DNA of 61,338 nt from Thermoplasmatota archaeon (GTDB taxonomy: Archaea > Thermoplasmatota > E2 > DHVEG-1 > B18-G2), in the NCBI GenBank assembly GCA_029259115.1, contig JAPDJO010000051.1, positions 1-61,338 of the forward strand, read 5' to 3'. Below the pieces are notes generated by a model, which saw only the letters and a list, made by a program, of their open reading frames with translations, searched no databases and was not told where the DNA came from. Shown here in pieces: positions 19,671-29,698 of this stretch. A program made the position numbers and the translations under genes. Position 1 is the stretch's first letter, and the number at the start of each line of letters is the position of its first letter.

Positions 19671-20912
19671 ATGGTATCTGATGTATTTGACTCTCTCTTA
19701 GAAAAAAGCTCACTTTTTATCAATAGAGAAGTCTTAAGACCAACCTATACCCCAGAGGTTTTGCCTCACAGAGAAAAAGAAATAGAAAATCTTGCTCAGA
19801 TATTTTTACCAGCTCTGAGAGGAGAGGCACCGTCAAACGTGTTCATATATGGCAAAACAGGCACGGGAAAAACAGCTGTAACTAAGTATGTTGGAAAACA
19901 GCTTATAAAGAAGGGAGAAGAAAGAAAAGTCAATGTAAATTTCATATACATGAATTGTGAGGTTGTTGACACTCACTATAGACTTTTACAGAATATAGCA
20001 AATCACATCATAGATAGGTGGGAAGACAGGATACCATTTACAGGTTTACCAACAGATGAAGTATATGCAAGATTAACAAAGGCTATGGATGAAAAGGGAG
20101 GAGTTACTATAGTTGTCCTAGATGAAATTGACAAACTTAAGGGAGACGAAGCTCTCTACACTCTAACAAGAATAAACTCAGATCTATCGAGAGCTAAAGT
20201 CTCGTTGGTAGGTATATCAAACGATTTAAAATTCACAGAATTTCTCGATCCGAGAGTAAAATCATCTCTCGGAGAAGAAAATATGGTATTTTATCCTTAT
20301 GATGCAAGGCAACTTCAAGATATATTAGAACATAGGGCAAAGAAAGCCTTCAAGCCAGATGCTTTAGCTTCATCTGTAATACCATTATGCGCCGCCTTAG
20401 CTGCGCAGGAGCATGGAGATGCGAGAAGAGCCCTCGATTTATTGAGGGTATCCGCTGAGCTGGCAGAGAGAGAAAAAGCTGCAAAGGTTACTGAAAAACA
20501 TGTTAGAAAAGCTTTACATAAGATAGAACTCGATCATATTACAGAGGTCATTAAGACGTTGCCTTTACAGTCAAAAATCCTTCTCCTAGCTATAGTGAGA
20601 GAGGAAAGAGAAAAGAAGGCAACAGGTCTTAAGCCAAGCATGACAACAGGAGAGGTTTATGAGAGATACAAGCAACTCTCTAAGAAGTTGAAGATAGAGA
20701 GCTTAACACAAAGAAGAATAGCAGATCTTATATCAGAACTGGATATGCTCGGTATAATAACTGCAAGGGTGATATCAAAAGGGAGATATGGAAGAACTAG
20801 AGAAATAGAGTTATCCACGCCATCAAGTGAGATAATAAGAATCCTCCAGGATGATGATACAGTGAATCCTCTTATTCTCTATGGAGGAAGGGGACAAACA
20901 AGACTAATTTAG
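19671..20912 (+). CDS. cdc6: Orc1/Cdc6 replication initiator
   Basis: YTPEVLPHRE, YGKTGTGKT, VLDEIDKL, LDPRVKSSL, AQEHGDARRALDLLR, winged helix SKGRYGRTR. Confidence 0.97.
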   Translation: MVSDVFDSLLEKSSLFINREVLRPTYTPEVLPHREKEIENLAQIFLPALRGEAPSNVFIYGKTGTGKTAVTKYVGKQLIKKGEERKVNVNFIYMNCEVVDTHYRLLQNIANHIIDRWEDRIPFTGLPTDEVYARLTKAMDEKGGVTIVVLDEIDKLKGDEALYTLTRINSDLSRAKVSLVGISNDLKFTEFLDPRVKSSLGEENMVFYPYDARQLQDILEHRAKKAFKPDALASSVIPLCAALAAQEHGDARRALDLLRVSAELAEREKAAKVTEKHVRKALHKIELDHITEVIKTLPLQSKILLLAIVREEREKKATGLKPSMTTGEVYERYKQLSKKLKIESLTQRRIADLISELDMLGIITARVISKGRYGRTREIELSTPSSEIIRILQDDDTVNPLILYGGRGQTRLI

Positions 20913-22351
20913 AGAGACATCTCTCCTCTCCTTAGTGCCTCTACAGGAGGAAGCATGGCGGCTCTTTTAGCAGGAATCGATGCAGCCAATATGGACAATA
21001 CAACAGGAAGAACTACAGCTATTACAACTGTAAACCAGTTGACAACAAAACCGATTCTGAGTTGAGTTCCTGCTATAAACTTCATACTCACTCCATACCA
21101 GTTAACTATATTCATAACCAGTATCGCTAGGAATATACCGAGAACTCCTGAGATAAAACCGATAAACATCCCTTGATACAGAAATATTTTGAAAATAACC
21201 CTATCCCTTGCGCCAAAAGCTTTCAATGAACCTATCTCTCGCATCTTTCTTATTATTATCGAATCCATGACATACTTTATTGCTGCGCCGCACAGAAGAA
21301 GAGTAACTCCCATACTACCCCATAGAAGAATTGTTACGACATCTTGCATGGAGCCAGCACCATAGACTAGCAAATCATGCCATGAAAAAACCTTTAGATC
21401 TGGTACCACAGACTGAACCTTTTTCTTGACCTCTTCAGAATGTCCGATGGGATCGAGAGACACCGGTGGTGGGGGAGCTTTAACTATAATCGCATCTCCC
21501 ATATTTCTATCTATCTTTATAGGATTAAAGCCCTGAAAACTCCCTATTCCAGGGATATTCCAGCTTTTACCTTCTATTTCTCCATAGCACTTTATCTCTC
21601 TAAGAGAATCTGCTGGAATAAACCATATCATGGCATCTATGGTTGGGGTTCCGCTCTCGTAAAGCCCTATAATCTTCACCCTAACGCTTGCATAGTTTGT
21701 TCCTCTGGCTGCGGCGCTTATATATAGATCTAGCTCTTTTCCAACAGCTATAACAGATGGGTGAACCTTCGCTGCCGCTGCACCGACTATAACAGGATAA
21801 GGCTCATCTTTCTTTAACAATCTCTGACCGGAACCATATACTATGTCTGGTAGATATCCGGGTCCTTTCACTTTTATGTACAGAGGAGTATGTCCTCTGA
21901 GAATAGGATCATCTTCTCTAAAAAATCTCCCAGCCACTATCTTCTTCTTTAATTCTTCAACCATGACATCATTGTTTATATCTATGCCCTGCAGAGTGCA
22001 ACCATCTGCAGATTCATTCTTGGCTCCTATGCCATATGTTGCTTGAGCTGTGACCCTAACAGACGCTTTATATCCGGGTAATCTCTCTTCTATCAAACGA
22101 GCAATTTCGCCTGCATTTTCTATAGTTGTTTCGGTTCCATAGAGATCCCTTACATCACAATCTGGATTTGTTATGATCGCATCAGATGTAATATTTTTTA
22201 CAGTTTCATTCACAACTTGCATCATGTAATTTATGTAGGCATTCTCAAGAAGAAATGAGGCCATAGTCAAGGCTATAACAAATATTATTACCGTATAGAT
22301 CAACTTGTGCTCTTTTATTTCACTCCATGCGAAGCTTTTGCTTATACTCAT
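20909..22351 (-). CDS. ABC transporter permease, FtsX/MacB/LolE family
   Basis: N-terminal TM, large extracytoplasmic loop, REIGSLKAFGA, three C-terminal TMs, IPAKRAAMLPPVEALR. Confidence 0.9.
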   Translation of the reverse strand: MSISKSFAWSEIKEHKLIYTVIIFVIALTMASFLLENAYINYMMQVVNETVKNITSDAIITNPDCDVRDLYGTETTIENAGEIARLIEERLPGYKASVRVTAQATYGIGAKNESADGCTLQGIDINNDVMVEELKKKIVAGRFFREDDPILRGHTPLYIKVKGPGYLPDIVYGSGQRLLKKDEPYPVIVGAAAAKVHPSVIAVGKELDLYISAAARGTNYASVRVKIIGLYESGTPTIDAMIWFIPADSLREIKCYGEIEGKSWNIPGIGSFQGFNPIKIDRNMGDAIIVKAPPPPVSLDPIGHSEEVKKKVQSVVPDLKVFSWHDLLVYGAGSMQDVVTILLWGSMGVTLLLCGAAIKYVMDSIIIRKMREIGSLKAFGARDRVIFKIFLYQGMFIGFISGVLGIFLAILVMNIVNWYGVSMKFIAGTQLRIGFVVNWFTVVIAVVLPVVLSILAASIPAKRAAMLPPVEALRRGEMSL

Positions 22352-23046
22352 CTTATCCTCCTATCAGACTTTATGGAACCATCAACTATTTCTATACGTC
22401 TTCTTCCATACTTTGCTATATCTGGATCATGCGATACAAAAACAATCGTAACTCCTTTATCTTTATTCATTTCTTTCAAGAGGTCCATTATTTCCTTGCT
22501 ACTCTCTGTATCAAGAGCTCCAGTTGGCTCATCAGCGAGCATTATTATCGGATCGTTTATTAGAGCCCTAGCAATAGCTACTCTTTGTTGTTCTCCACCT
22601 GATAGATGCACACCTCTATGCTCAGCTCTATGTTCTATACCAACCTCACGGAGAAGCTGCATAGCCTTCTTCTTTAACTCTTCTTTTTTCCTTCCTATTA
22701 TAAGACCAGGAAGTATAACATTCTCAAGAACTGTTAATCTAGGTATGAGATTGTAACTTTGGAAGACAAAACCAATCTTCTTACCCCTTAGGAGAGCAAC
22801 ATCTTTGCCAGTTATCTCAGATGTATCTTTTCCTTCAATGAATATCTTACCATTTGTTGGCCTATCTAGAAGGCCCATACAGTGCAGAAGGGTAGACTTC
22901 CCAGATCCAGAAGGACCTGTTATCGCTATAAACTCCCCAGGATATATTTTAAGAGAAACATCATTCAGTGCAATAACTTTAGAGTCATAACCTTCGTAAA
23001 TCTTTGTCACATGTGCAAATTCGATTATTGGATCACTTTTTACCAT
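22348..23046 (-). CDS. ABC transporter ATP-binding protein (LolD/MacB-like)
   Basis: GPSGSGKST, GFVFQSYNL, LSGGEQQRVAIARAL, ADEPTGALD, VSHD. Confidence 0.95.
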   Translation of the reverse strand: MVKSDPIIEFAHVTKIYEGYDSKVIALNDVSLKIYPGEFIAITGPSGSGKSTLLHCMGLLDRPTNGKIFIEGKDTSEITGKDVALLRGKKIGFVFQSYNLIPRLTVLENVILPGLIIGRKKEELKKKAMQLLREVGIEHRAEHRGVHLSGGEQQRVAIARALINDPIIMLADEPTGALDTESSKEIMDLLKEMNKDKGVTIVFVSHDPDIAKYGRRRIEIVDGSIKSDRRIR

Positions 23047-23085
23047 GATGTAAATAATATAGATAAACCTCTATATAAATTGAAT

Positions 23086-23373
23086 TTATGTGTAAAAGCC
23101 AGGTAGGTTTTCCTCATCATCCTTTTTCTTCTTCTCTTTCTTTTCGGAAATGACGTCTATAGCTAGGATAACCTGTAGGGGAATAATTCTCAGCGTTTTC
23201 TTCTTCCCTTTATTTTGCTCAATACATAACCCTACCTCATCTAACCCAAGTGTTGCAAACCCTTTGAATACACCTTCTGTTTCTATCACAGAGTCTTTTG
23301 CTCCTATAGATATAATTCTATATCTAGATCCTTCTGTTAGTCTCCATCCCTTCTTTTTTTCCACAAAAATCAC
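23086..23373 (-). CDS. Hypothetical protein (small beta-rich, Sm-like appearance)
   Basis: 95 aa ORF overlapping the upstream HTH gene (GTGA); RIIPLQVILAIDV; codon style like neighbours. Confidence 0.6.
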   Translation of the reverse strand: MIFVEKKKGWRLTEGSRYRIISIGAKDSVIETEGVFKGFATLGLDEVGLCIEQNKGKKKTLRIIPLQVILAIDVISEKKEKKKKDDEENLPGFYT

Positions 23374-23798
23374 CTCTCCTCTAGCAACCTCTGTATATGT
23401 TCTACGGTTTTGCTATAATTTTCTAAAGCCACTTTTACATGAGCTTCAACAAAGTTCCAAGCCTTTGCAAAGTTACCGTACCTTAGTCTATAAGCTTTTT
23501 TGCTCTGTCCAGTTTCATCTGTAACCTGAACATCTTCTAAGATATCTAAACCCTTGAGCTTATTAAGATGCCTGTATATTGTGGGCTTAGAAACTTTCAA
23601 TTGGTTTGCTATCTCCTCGACCATCCATGCTTTCGTAGGATGCTTTAAGAAAAAGTCAAAGAATATCTTGAAAGGAATATCAGGATCTGCACCTTTTGAT
23701 AGGTATCCTATCTGATAAAGGAACATCTTGGTTGCTCTCTCCAAATCGTTCTCCCCTGTCAAAGGAGTGTTACTCACTATTCTAATTTCAAAGGACAT
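23370..23798 (-). CDS. Winged-helix (ArsR/TrmB-like) transcriptional regulator
   Basis: VEEIANQLKVSKPTIYRHLNKLKGLDIL HTH; start moved to ATG 23798. Confidence 0.8.
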   Translation of the reverse strand: MSFEIRIVSNTPLTGENDLERATKMFLYQIGYLSKGADPDIPFKIFFDFFLKHPTKAWMVEEIANQLKVSKPTIYRHLNKLKGLDILEDVQVTDETGQSKKAYRLRYGNFAKAWNFVEAHVKVALENYSKTVEHIQRLLEER

Positions 23799-23854
23799 AC
23801 GGTTTTGGCATATATACAAAATTTATAAAGATTTTCGATTTACATAGAAAAAAC

Positions 23855-25633
23855 CTAAACTTTATTTTCCCTCAAAACCAAAACAACAGCAAAGATAACT
23901 AGGAGGAATAAAGATACCACAATCAAGATTGCATAGTCAATCTTTTCTCGATCATGTTTTGGTTCTTTTTCATATTCGCCCGACAGGAAGGCGTATATCT
24001 TTGAGAAACCCTGTTTGAAATTACCCTCCTCCATCTCTTTCACTCCACTTTCAAAAAACTCGAATCTGTCATCACTCAGATTTCCAGTAACTTTCAATTC
24101 CTCAAACCTCAACCTAGCTATGCTTTTTGCTATCTCGCCGAGCAACTCCAAATCTTTCTTGTCTAAATCATCTGAAAGAGCTAAAAATTTTGATATACTC
24201 GATCTGTAATCTTTACCCCATATTATAGGAATGACTTTTTCTTTCTCTCTTAGAGAAACAATAAACAACTCGGTTAGATACGCTTGTCTTTGCAGTTCGA
24301 GATCGATATTTGTAAGAAAATCGGAAGGATCTTCCCCCTTTTCAATCAGACTCCTCGCTATTTTTTCAGCTTTCTCTACTTCGCTTATAAAAATATCTTC
24401 AACCTTGCTGGCATAACTTGAAAATCCACCATGCCCAAAGAGATTCAAAATCTTTCTCGCAAGTTTTGCAGCATCTCCGTTTTCATAGGGATCCAAGATT
24501 TCTTTGCAACATATGTGTACAGGGATGTAGATGGATGAACACTGATCAGGAGCAAACCACATGCAACTCAGATACTCGTAATGTCTGTAAGGAATTTTAC
24601 ATATGGCTGTAGCTTTATTGAATCTCTCGCACATCCCTCTGATACCTTTGATATCATCGACATGCAACCTAGATAGATTCATCAAATCCTTTACATCTAT
24701 CTTCCCATACCTTTCCTTTAATCTATCAAGAATCTCCTTTTCCCACACTTTGTACTTATAGCAAACTCGTAGATCCACTCTCTTTCCATCTATCCTCAAA
24801 ACCTCTATCCAGAATGGATCAACAAGTTTACCCTCTTTTACTTTGATAAATACATCTTTCCCTAGAGGCCATAGTTTTACATATACTCCGTTCTTCTCTA
24901 TGTCTACCACTTTTATGCCAAGAACACCTCCCAATCTAACGATCGATCCTTTCCTAACGAATCTTTCTTTTTCAAGATCGAAAGATTTTGAGATGAACGC
25001 TCTTCTAATCAACCTATACTTCCACAGATCCTTCGGGTAATTTGACATGACTAAGATGTCTTTTATCTCCTTTATGCTATATCTGGCAACATCTCCTTCC
25101 ATTACATAAGCCTTTCTTGGGCCAACAACAAAGAGATTCTCGGACACGCCAGGCGCATGCATATCTACGACCTCTTTTAGTAGATCTATAGCTTCATCTT
25201 CATCATCTGCAGACTGACATGCATATCTTATCCAGTCAAAATCATCCCAGGACGTTCTAAGAGGATTTATCCAATAAGATGGAGAATCAGCATCTCCATA
25301 CGCTATGCCAGCATCACTCAATGCTATTCCTGCTTTGACTATGTTTGGCGGAGCATCTCCTTCTGTCACTACTCCTATAAATTTATGCTCAACAATGTAT
25401 TCTTTCTCGTCTCCCTTAATATTTGGAAGGTGATATCTATACTTATATCCAGGATATACCATGCATAGAACTTGAGGTCCAGGTCTACTAGGATCTCTAA
25501 CTTTCATGAGTATGTTAAAATCCCCTGCTGTAGCATCACCCATAACAATTACATCTTTGCATGCCATTGATGACAAACTCGAGAACGGTAAAAGTAACAA
25601 AACTATCAAGGCAATCCAGTATTTCTTTTCCAC
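23855..25633 (-). CDS. Secreted, C-terminally anchored Ntn-hydrolase (peptidase C45/C69-like)
   Basis: Signal peptide ending SMA, then CKDVIVMGDATAGDFNILMKVRD (N-terminal Cys nucleophile pattern); MWFAP..CSSIYIPVH; C-terminal TM. Confidence 0.65.
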   Translation of the reverse strand: MEKKYWIALIVLLLLPFSSLSSMACKDVIVMGDATAGDFNILMKVRDPSRPGPQVLCMVYPGYKYRYHLPNIKGDEKEYIVEHKFIGVVTEGDAPPNIVKAGIALSDAGIAYGDADSPSYWINPLRTSWDDFDWIRYACQSADDEDEAIDLLKEVVDMHAPGVSENLFVVGPRKAYVMEGDVARYSIKEIKDILVMSNYPKDLWKYRLIRRAFISKSFDLEKERFVRKGSIVRLGGVLGIKVVDIEKNGVYVKLWPLGKDVFIKVKEGKLVDPFWIEVLRIDGKRVDLRVCYKYKVWEKEILDRLKERYGKIDVKDLMNLSRLHVDDIKGIRGMCERFNKATAICKIPYRHYEYLSCMWFAPDQCSSIYIPVHICCKEILDPYENGDAAKLARKILNLFGHGGFSSYASKVEDIFISEVEKAEKIARSLIEKGEDPSDFLTNIDLELQRQAYLTELFIVSLREKEKVIPIIWGKDYRSSISKFLALSDDLDKKDLELLGEIAKSIARLRFEELKVTGNLSDDRFEFFESGVKEMEEGNFKQGFSKIYAFLSGEYEKEPKHDREKIDYAILIVVSLFLLVIFAVVLVLRENKV

Positions 25634-25709
25634 AAAATCAATATTATGTTTATCTCGATATAAATATTCTTGAAAAAGTTTTTAAAATGGCTACCATCTG
25701 CTCTTTACC

Positions 25710-26204
25710 ATGAAGATTAAAGGAAGAGCATGGAAGTTTGGAGACAACATAGATACTGATCAAATCTTTCCAGGAGCGTATCTCACATTGACAGATATAG
25801 AGGAGATGGGAAAGCATGCCATGGAAGGCGTTCCAGGAAGAGAGGATTTTGCCAGAAAGGTTAACAGAGGAGATATAATCGTTGCTGGGAAAAACTTCGG
25901 ATGTGGGTCTTCGAGGGAACAAGCACCTATAGCAATAAAAGGCTGTGGAATAAGCTTAGTTATAGCTAAAAGCTTTGCAAGAATCTTTTACAGAAACGCT
26001 GTGAACATAGGTCTTCCCATAATGGAATGCAAAGATATTGACAAGATAGATGATGGAGATATACTGGAAGTTGATTTAGAAAGTGGAGAGATAAGAGACA
26101 TAGATAAGAATATCACTCTGAAAGGATCATCAGTAACGAGCTTAGAATTCGAGATAATGAAGGCAGGGGGATTAATTCCTTATCTGAAGAACAAAGAGAA
26201 CTAA
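25710..26204 (+). CDS. leuD: 3-isopropylmalate/homoaconitate dehydratase small subunit
   Basis: [46 protein letters not shown]. Confidence 0.9.
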   Translation: MKIKGRAWKFGDNIDTDQIFPGAYLTLTDIEEMGKHAMEGVPGREDFARKVNRGDIIVAGKNFGCGSSREQAPIAIKGCGISLVIAKSFARIFYRNAVNIGLPIMECKDIDKIDDGDILEVDLESGEIRDIDKNITLKGSSVTSLEFEIMKAGGLIPYLKNKEN

Positions 26205-26581
26205 GATATCAACTTCCTGTAATCATCTGGAGATAGCAGATCATCAATCTCTTTTTCATCCTTTATCTCCATCTCGAACAGCCAACCTTCATCATAGGGA
26301 CTCTTGTTTAATTTCTCTGGGGAATTCTCTAATTCTTTATTTACATTAACTATTTTCCCTGTTAGAGGAGAGTACACTTCTGCAACAGATTTCACAGATT
26401 CTATAGTACAAACCTCCTCTCCTTTCTTAACTTCCTTGCCAATCTCTGGCAATTCAACAAAGACTACATCTGTCAGTTCACTTTGGGCATGATCCGTTAT
26501 ACCTATTCTTGCCACATTTCCCTCTATCTTAACCCACTCGTGCGTTTTCGTGTATTTTAAATCATCCCTTACCTCACTCAT
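26201..26581 (-). CDS. gcvH: Glycine cleavage system H protein
   Basis: YTKTHEWV, GITDHAQ, IESVKSV lipoyl-Lys, NKSPYDEGWL. Confidence 0.95.
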   Translation of the reverse strand: MSEVRDDLKYTKTHEWVKIEGNVARIGITDHAQSELTDVVFVELPEIGKEVKKGEEVCTIESVKSVAEVYSPLTGKIVNVNKELENSPEKLNKSPYDEGWLFEMEIKDEKEIDDLLSPDDYRKLIS

Positions 26582-26611
26582 AGAAATCAATTGAGAAAAG
26601 ATGGGACGAAT

Positions 26612-27715
26612 TTAAACATTTCCACATTCTTTTCCAACGAAAGGTGGCTTCACTATCTCTGCTTTAACCCTCGTACCTCTGATTACTATATCTAATGTAT
26701 CTCCAACTTTCCTGTACTCTTTTTTCACGTAAGCCATAGCTATCCCTGTATTCAAGCAAGGCGACAACCCTCCACTAGAAACTTTTCCAACCTTTTCACC
26801 ATCTTTTTCAACATCATAGCCATGCCTTGGTATACCTTTTTCTAAGCATTTTAGATAAGTCAACTTCTCTTTCACTCCTTCTTCCTTCTGTTTGAGTAGA
26901 GCATCCTTTCCGATGAAATCATGATCCCAGTTTATCGTAAAGCTTAGATTTGCTTCCAAAGGTGTGCGCCCTCCTTCAAATTCATTCCCAGCAAGAACAA
27001 AGCATTTTTCCAATCTCAAGCTATCTCTTGCACCAAGTCCAATCGGTTTTATACCATAATCCTTTCCTACCTCCAAAATCTTTCTGAACAGACCGTAAAC
27101 GTCTTTCTCGGCATCTACCTGTAATTCATAACCTAGCTCACCGGTGTAACCTGTTCTAGATACTATACATTCAATATCATCAAACTCTGCTCTACAACAA
27201 CCAAAAAGTTTGAGTTGAGAAAGATCTATGGAAGAGATTTTTTGTAGAACCTCTCTCGATCTAGGTCCTTGTACAGCAAGTATTACCATATCTCGTGATA
27301 TATTTTCAATCTCCGCATCAAAACCAAATTTATCCCTAACCTTTTTCAACCAATCTGCAACAACCTCATCTCTACCAGCATTTGGAACTAGCATAAAACC
27401 ATCTTCCAGATGAAGAAAGATAGTATCGTCTATTATGGTACCATCCTCTCTCAGGATGACAGTATATTGGCCCATACCTACAGGTATCCTATTCGCATCT
27501 TCCACTGTTGCTACACTCAGAAGATCTGCACCATCTTTTCCAGATATCCATACGTTCCCCATATGAGAAACATCAAAAAGACCAACATTTTTCCTTACGG
27601 TCAGGTGTTCATCCTTTATTGAGGAGTAATAGAGAGGCATCTCATAACCAGAAAACTCTGTAAATTTTGCACCAAGTTCTACATGCAGATCATGGAGAGG
27701 AGATCTCTTAAGCAT
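26612..27715 (-). CDS. gcvT: Glycine cleavage system aminomethyltransferase T
   Basis: GLFDVSHMG, QGP, SRTGYTGELGYE, GLGARDSLRLE, TPLEA. Confidence 0.95.
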   Translation of the reverse strand: MLKRSPLHDLHVELGAKFTEFSGYEMPLYYSSIKDEHLTVRKNVGLFDVSHMGNVWISGKDGADLLSVATVEDANRIPVGMGQYTVILREDGTIIDDTIFLHLEDGFMLVPNAGRDEVVADWLKKVRDKFGFDAEIENISRDMVILAVQGPRSREVLQKISSIDLSQLKLFGCCRAEFDDIECIVSRTGYTGELGYELQVDAEKDVYGLFRKILEVGKDYGIKPIGLGARDSLRLEKCFVLAGNEFEGGRTPLEANLSFTINWDHDFIGKDALLKQKEEGVKEKLTYLKCLEKGIPRHGYDVEKDGEKVGKVSSGGLSPCLNTGIAMAYVKKEYRKVGDTLDIVIRGTRVKAEIVKPPFVGKECGNV

Positions 27716-27789
27716 AAAACTCGAAAAATGAAGGCAAGCTTAAATCTTTTGCAAAACCTTTATCTCCCTTAATACAATCCAAACAGGAG

Positions 27790-28437
27790 ATGGAGAATAT
27801 AGTAATAGAGAAGAAAAAGGTATTTACGGTAATTCCTGAAAAATTCGATGATAAAAGCATATACGGAGAGAAGATAGTAAAGAAGAAAAACCTTAGATTG
27901 AGAACCTGGAATCCTTACAGAAGCAAACTCTCTGCAGCATTAATTTTAGGTTTGAGGATACACATAAAAGAGAATTCAGAAGTACTCTATCTAGGGGCAG
28001 CAACCGGTACAACCGTGAGCCACTTATCAGATATATTATATGAAGGCAGGATATATGCTGTAGAAATATCCCCTTTTTCTATGAAAAAACTTCTAGAGTT
28101 GTGTGAAAAGAGGAATAACATATTCCCTATACTTGAGGATGCAAACCATCCAGAGAGATATCAGCATATAGTCCCAGAGGTTGACCTAGTATACCAAGAT
28201 ATTTCTCAAAGAAATCAAGTTGATATATTTGTAAAGAACTGTGACAAGTTTTTGAAAGGAGACGGAGAGGGAATAATAATGGTAAAATCTAGGAGTATAG
28301 ATGTTTCAGCCCATCCTAGAGAGATATACAGAAGGGTTGAGAAAGACTTAGAAGAAAAAGGTTACAAGGTCAAAGAAGTCAAGGAGTTAGATCCATATGC
28401 TAAAGATCATGCCTGTATAGTTATCAGAAGGAGTTAG
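27790..28437 (+). CDS. flpA: Fibrillarin-like rRNA/tRNA 2'-O-methyltransferase
   Basis: WNPYRSKLSAA, VLYLGAATGTTVSHLSD, KSRSIDVS, LDPYAKDH. Confidence 0.95.
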   Translation: MENIVIEKKKVFTVIPEKFDDKSIYGEKIVKKKNLRLRTWNPYRSKLSAALILGLRIHIKENSEVLYLGAATGTTVSHLSDILYEGRIYAVEISPFSMKKLLELCEKRNNIFPILEDANHPERYQHIVPEVDLVYQDISQRNQVDIFVKNCDKFLKGDGEGIIMVKSRSIDVSAHPREIYRRVEKDLEEKGYKVKEVKELDPYAKDHACIVIRRS

Positions 28438-28438
28438 T

Positions 28439-29107
28439 ATGGATATCAAAAGATTGCTGGTATCTCTAGCTAAGATATTTATTCCTCCTGCAATAGGAAT
28501 ACTCACCCTTCTATTGATAGGTTTTTCTCTAGATCCAGATACAAGGATGAAATATTGGTACCTATGCATAGCCTATTTCTTTCCTCCACTTGGGAAGGAA
28601 TCTGTAATACCAATAGGCATTGCTGGAGGAGACCTTTTTGTTCCTATAATGAACATCAAAGCCCATATTTCACCTATAGATCCAAATATAATGGCATTTT
28701 CTATAGCCCTTATAGATAGTGTGGTTTCTCTATTCGTGGTTTGGAATTATGATCTTGTAAAGAAAATACCCATACTGGGAAGGTTTGTAAAAAAGGTTGA
28801 AGAGCTTGGAAGGAAAGGGAGCAAGGAATACGCATGGGTAAGACCCCTAAAATTCACAGGTATAGTACTCTTTGTTATGGTGCCCTTCCAAGGTTCCGGC
28901 GGTCTGGTGGGGTCGATACTCGGTAGACTTATAGGAATGAGAGCATCAACAACTTGGTTGGCAGTAACAATAGGAGCCTTTGCAGGATGCTTTATAATAG
29001 CATACTTTGCAAAGATAGCTTTTTCAAACATTATAATAGCTCTATCATTCGTACTTATTATGGTTGTAATAGTTGTTATTTTCAAAGCGTGGAAGGAATC
29101 AAGATGA
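28439..29107 (+). CDS. Small multi-drug export family membrane protein (COG2426-like)
   Basis: PPLGKESVIPIG, FVMVPFQGSGGLVGSILGRLIG; several TMs. Confidence 0.75.
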   Translation: MDIKRLLVSLAKIFIPPAIGILTLLLIGFSLDPDTRMKYWYLCIAYFFPPLGKESVIPIGIAGGDLFVPIMNIKAHISPIDPNIMAFSIALIDSVVSLFVVWNYDLVKKIPILGRFVKKVEELGRKGSKEYAWVRPLKFTGIVLFVMVPFQGSGGLVGSILGRLIGMRASTTWLAVTIGAFAGCFIIAYFAKIAFSNIIIALSFVLIMVVIVVIFKAWKESR

Positions 29108-29698
29108 TCTTTTACCTATAGCTATGATGTATACTTCTCTACTTCTCTTCTTTGAAGCTCTTGGAGAAAACTTCCTGACAATCTTGAATCTTTTCCTAAC
29201 TTCTTTTAAGAACTCGTCTAGATCACTACCCTCGAAGCCCTTGCAAACAAATCTCCCTCCTTCTCTCAAGAAATCATCAACATATTCTAAAGCCTTCATA
29301 CACAACCAGAAACTCCTGGCCTGATCCAGATACCTATTTCCAGAGAGATTGGGAGAGAGATCAGATAGAACAACATCGACCTTTTCATCTCCAAGCTCTT
29401 CCTTTACCTTCTCTTTTGTGTCTTCTGATGTAGCATCTCCTTTTATAAAGATTAGACCATTCAATTTTTTAACAGGAAGAATATCAATACCTATAACCTT
29501 ACCATTAGAATATTCCAAAGCTACTTGGCTCCATCCGCCTGGAGAAGCACCAAGATCTATAATCCTGTCTCCCCTCTTTATGATCCCAAATCTCTGCTGT
29601 ATCTCTATAAGTTTAAATGCAGATCTAGCTCTGTAGCCTAGCTTTTTAGCCTCTTTGTAATAGAAATCTCTCCTTCTCTCCTCTTTCCATCTACTCAT
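29099..29698 (-). CDS. rlmE: 23S rRNA Um2552 2'-O-methyltransferase RlmE/FtsJ
   Basis: [31 protein letters not shown], KxF, ASxxxSREVY. Confidence 0.95.
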   Translation of the reverse strand: MSRWKEERRRDFYYKEAKKLGYRARSAFKLIEIQQRFGIIKRGDRIIDLGASPGGWSQVALEYSNGKVIGIDILPVKKLNGLIFIKGDATSEDTKEKVKEELGDEKVDVVLSDLSPNLSGNRYLDQARSFWLCMKALEYVDDFLREGGRFVCKGFEGSDLDEFLKEVRKRFKIVRKFSPRASKKRSREVYIIAIGKRSS

